DNA from: the human T2T-CHM13v2.0 reference genome, Homo sapiens
DNA length: 64,000 nt
NCBI RefSeq assembly: GCF_009914755.1
Contig: NC_060931.1
Reading direction: 5' to 3' (one strand)
This document shows, in pieces, positions 60,961 to 64,000 of the stretch. Below the pieces are notes generated by a model, which did not search any database, had not been told where the DNA came from, and saw only the letters and a program-made list of their open reading frames with translations. Each line of letters opens with the position of its first letter. Within the stretch, counting starts at the first letter, position 1. The position numbers were made by a program, and so were the translations under genes.

Positions 60961-61999
60961 TTTTAAAAAAGAAAGTAAATTAATTTAAACATTAAGAATA
61001 AGATTTATGCAGAATGGGGTTTTTTTTAATAAAAGTGCAACTTATCTTTAATAATGGAAGTTATTTACAATAGTGAAAGGTATAAGTATTTAGAGGCTAC
61101 AGTGAGTTACCCTCCAAGATCTTGGGAATGAAGAAATTGTACTTCCCACTGAGAGTTAAACGGCAAAATCAACCTAAGATGGTTTAGAGTCCAAGGATGC
61201 AAAATCAGTGGAAAGAGAGAGAAAAGATATTAGGCTCACTGGCCTTGGTTGAGGACATTCACTTCCAAAATAAATATTATGTCAGTCGGAAGAGGTTTTA
61301 AACACAGGCACCCAGAAACCAGAGAGTGCCATGGGCAGGGCCCATGCTCATTTGCAACACAGCCGGCACTTGTCCTATGTTCTGACCTATGGCAAGGCCA
61401 TCCCCAAAATGAGAAGGTGGCACTAGACCATCCCAAAATTGGGCCCCGATAGGCATCCCACTCCGCTTTTCCTGGTACAAAGCTCACAAAAAGACCATTT
61501 GTGTCCTCAGCATTTGACTACATGGAAACATAGCATTCCAGTGTCTTCCTCCTGGTAAACTAAAAGGCAGTTTTTGATTACAATAGTCTTCCAACATAGG
61601 TGGAAAGGATATCATTTATGCCAGTGTTACCACGAATAGTCCCTGTGTGACAGTTATATGTCTCATTCAGATTTACAAAGTGACATCGTGATATATTCTT
61701 CAGGCCCCTGTGCAATGAGGTTAGCACAAATCAGCCTTTCAGAACTTAGTCACTCCTGGGGACTACAGGAACCAGTTCCAGCGGGTCTGTACACACCAGT
61801 TCCACATGCAGGAGTCTTATTACTGATTTCTACAAGGAGAAAGAAATCTCAAACAACCAAATGTTCAACATTAGAGGAAATCTTATACATCATGCTACCT
61901 CTATCCCATGTAATATTATGCAATTGTCAAAGTTTTTGTTTTTTAAGATAATTTAATTATTTGGAGAAATAGTTATAATACAATGTGTTTAAAATTATG

Positions 62000-62550
62000 A
62001 TTCACACTCTAGAAACCAATTTGGCAGTTTCTTACAAGATTAAGCATGCAAATACCATACAACCCAGTAATGACACTCAGGTATTTGTCCCAGAGAAAGG
62101 AAAACATAGATTTTTACATAAAAACCTGTACACAAAGCTTTATTCATAATAGCCAAAACTGGAAACAACCCAGATGTCCTTCAACAGCATGATTCCATGT
62201 ATAGAACATTTTTGAAAAGCCAAAATGTAGACATGGAAAACAGATTAGTGAAGGCCATGAAGACGGATGGGCACGTGGGAGGAGGGTGAGGAAGGAAGGG
62301 TTGTGATTTTTAAAAGGGCAACACAAAGGATCCTTGTGGCAATGGAATTGTTCTGCATCTTGACTGTGGTTATAGACGCACAAGCCTAACATGATAAATT
62401 GTATAGAAGTAAATACACACACACGTACAAGTAAAATAGGGAATTTTGAATAAGATCAGTAAATGTCAGTATCCTGGTTATGATATTGTACAAGATGTTA
62501 CTATTGGAGAAAACTGAATAAAGGGTACAACGGGATCTCTCTGAATTATT
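62000..62550 (+). mobile_element. Old L1 3' fragment
   Basis: TTGGCAGTTTCTTA..ACCATACAACCCAG..ATTCATAATAGCCAAAACTGGAAACAACCCAGATGTCC typical of L1M 3' ends. Confidence 0.7.
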
Positions 62551-62625
62551 TCTTTCTTTTTTTCCTTTTATTTTTAGTTGGCATGTAATAATTGTACATA
62601 TTTATGGGATACAGAGTGATATTTC

Positions 62626-63120
<495 letters not shown>

Positions 63121-64000
63121 TGAACGTTCAAAATCCTTTCTTTCTCTATATTATTTCTTATAACTGCTTATTAATCTATAGTTAATTAATCTATAATTAT
63201 ATCAGAATAATAAGTTTAATTTTTAAAAGTTGATACAAAACTGTAGGTGCAATACCATTGCTTTGCATATTCTTGATCATATGTACACACAAAAAATCTT
63301 AACAATTATTAGCTCTAGGTAGTAGAGGTGTTGGATTTTATAAGTGATTTCTGAGTTTAGGCTTTTTAATATTTTTTAAATTCCTTACCATGAACATATA
63401 TTCATTTTATAATTTATAAATATAATGAATGTAATCTTTAATCACAGCACGATCATTTGTAATAACAACCATATCTTCGTGATAACTCATACAAAGCTTT
63501 TTATCAGCTAGTACCCCCAAAACTTTTCGGCATAAATTGCTGCAAAACTAAGAATTTCCAATCCTGTACTTCTACAATTAAATTTTTGGAACCAAATATA
63601 GGACCTCACAGCTGAACTCTGATTGCCAAACCATGTCATTTCTCTGGCTCCCAGCAATCATGTGCAATTTAAAGACTTTGGGCCAGAAGGACCCTGAGCT
63701 TCTTTCACCCTTATAGTCCTGGGCGTCATGCTACTACCAAGAACCTTCTGGGAACTTTGGTCTGTCTACTTAGAGATAATGAATTCTAAAGAGAGAAAAT
63801 GAACCACTTTCTCTCAGGTCTCAGACTATGATCATATCTCCTTGAGAAGCAGCTCAAATTATTGTGAGAACCTGCCACTTGCCTACCCCACCACCTTCCA
63901 CCTCAGCAAAGTCCCCATTAGCTCAGGGTATCAAACCACTCATAATACTGCTAGATGGTCAGTGGTAGGAATTTGCAGATTTATGGGCCTATAAAATCAT

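Overview
Vertebrate (human-type) genomic DNA, recognisable from the encoded proteins as the TMEM140-CYREN(C7orf49/MRI)-WDR91 locus (chr7q33 by recall, not checked against a database). Left to right: an antisense old L1 (1-5140) interrupted by an Alu and a THE1/MST LTR; the single coding exon of TMEM140 (+, 10292-10849); CYREN (-, three coding exons, 157 aa, plus a 69-aa isoform made through a GC-AG donor), convergent with TMEM140; the CYREN CpG-island promoter; a ~10.9 kb composite ERV1 block (+, 16976-27859) in which an LTR2-type/Harlequin-like element is fused to an ERV3/HERV-R-like provirus; a MER31-like solo LTR with TSD; the complete 15-exon WDR91 CDS (-, 747 aa reconstructed junction by junction) with a U12-type AT-AC intron and the MIR6509 hairpin; the WDR91 CpG island; and repeat-rich intergenic DNA. 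I see no clearly new biological system. The most notable signals are the chimeric provirus (open integrase frame, G-to-A hypermutation patches, mini-env ORF, possible splitting of a CpG island), the dual-coding CYREN exon, the minor intron next to the miRNA hairpin, and a candidate 27-nt WDR91 microexon. Repeat subfamily names are from recalled consensus similarity, not from a search.
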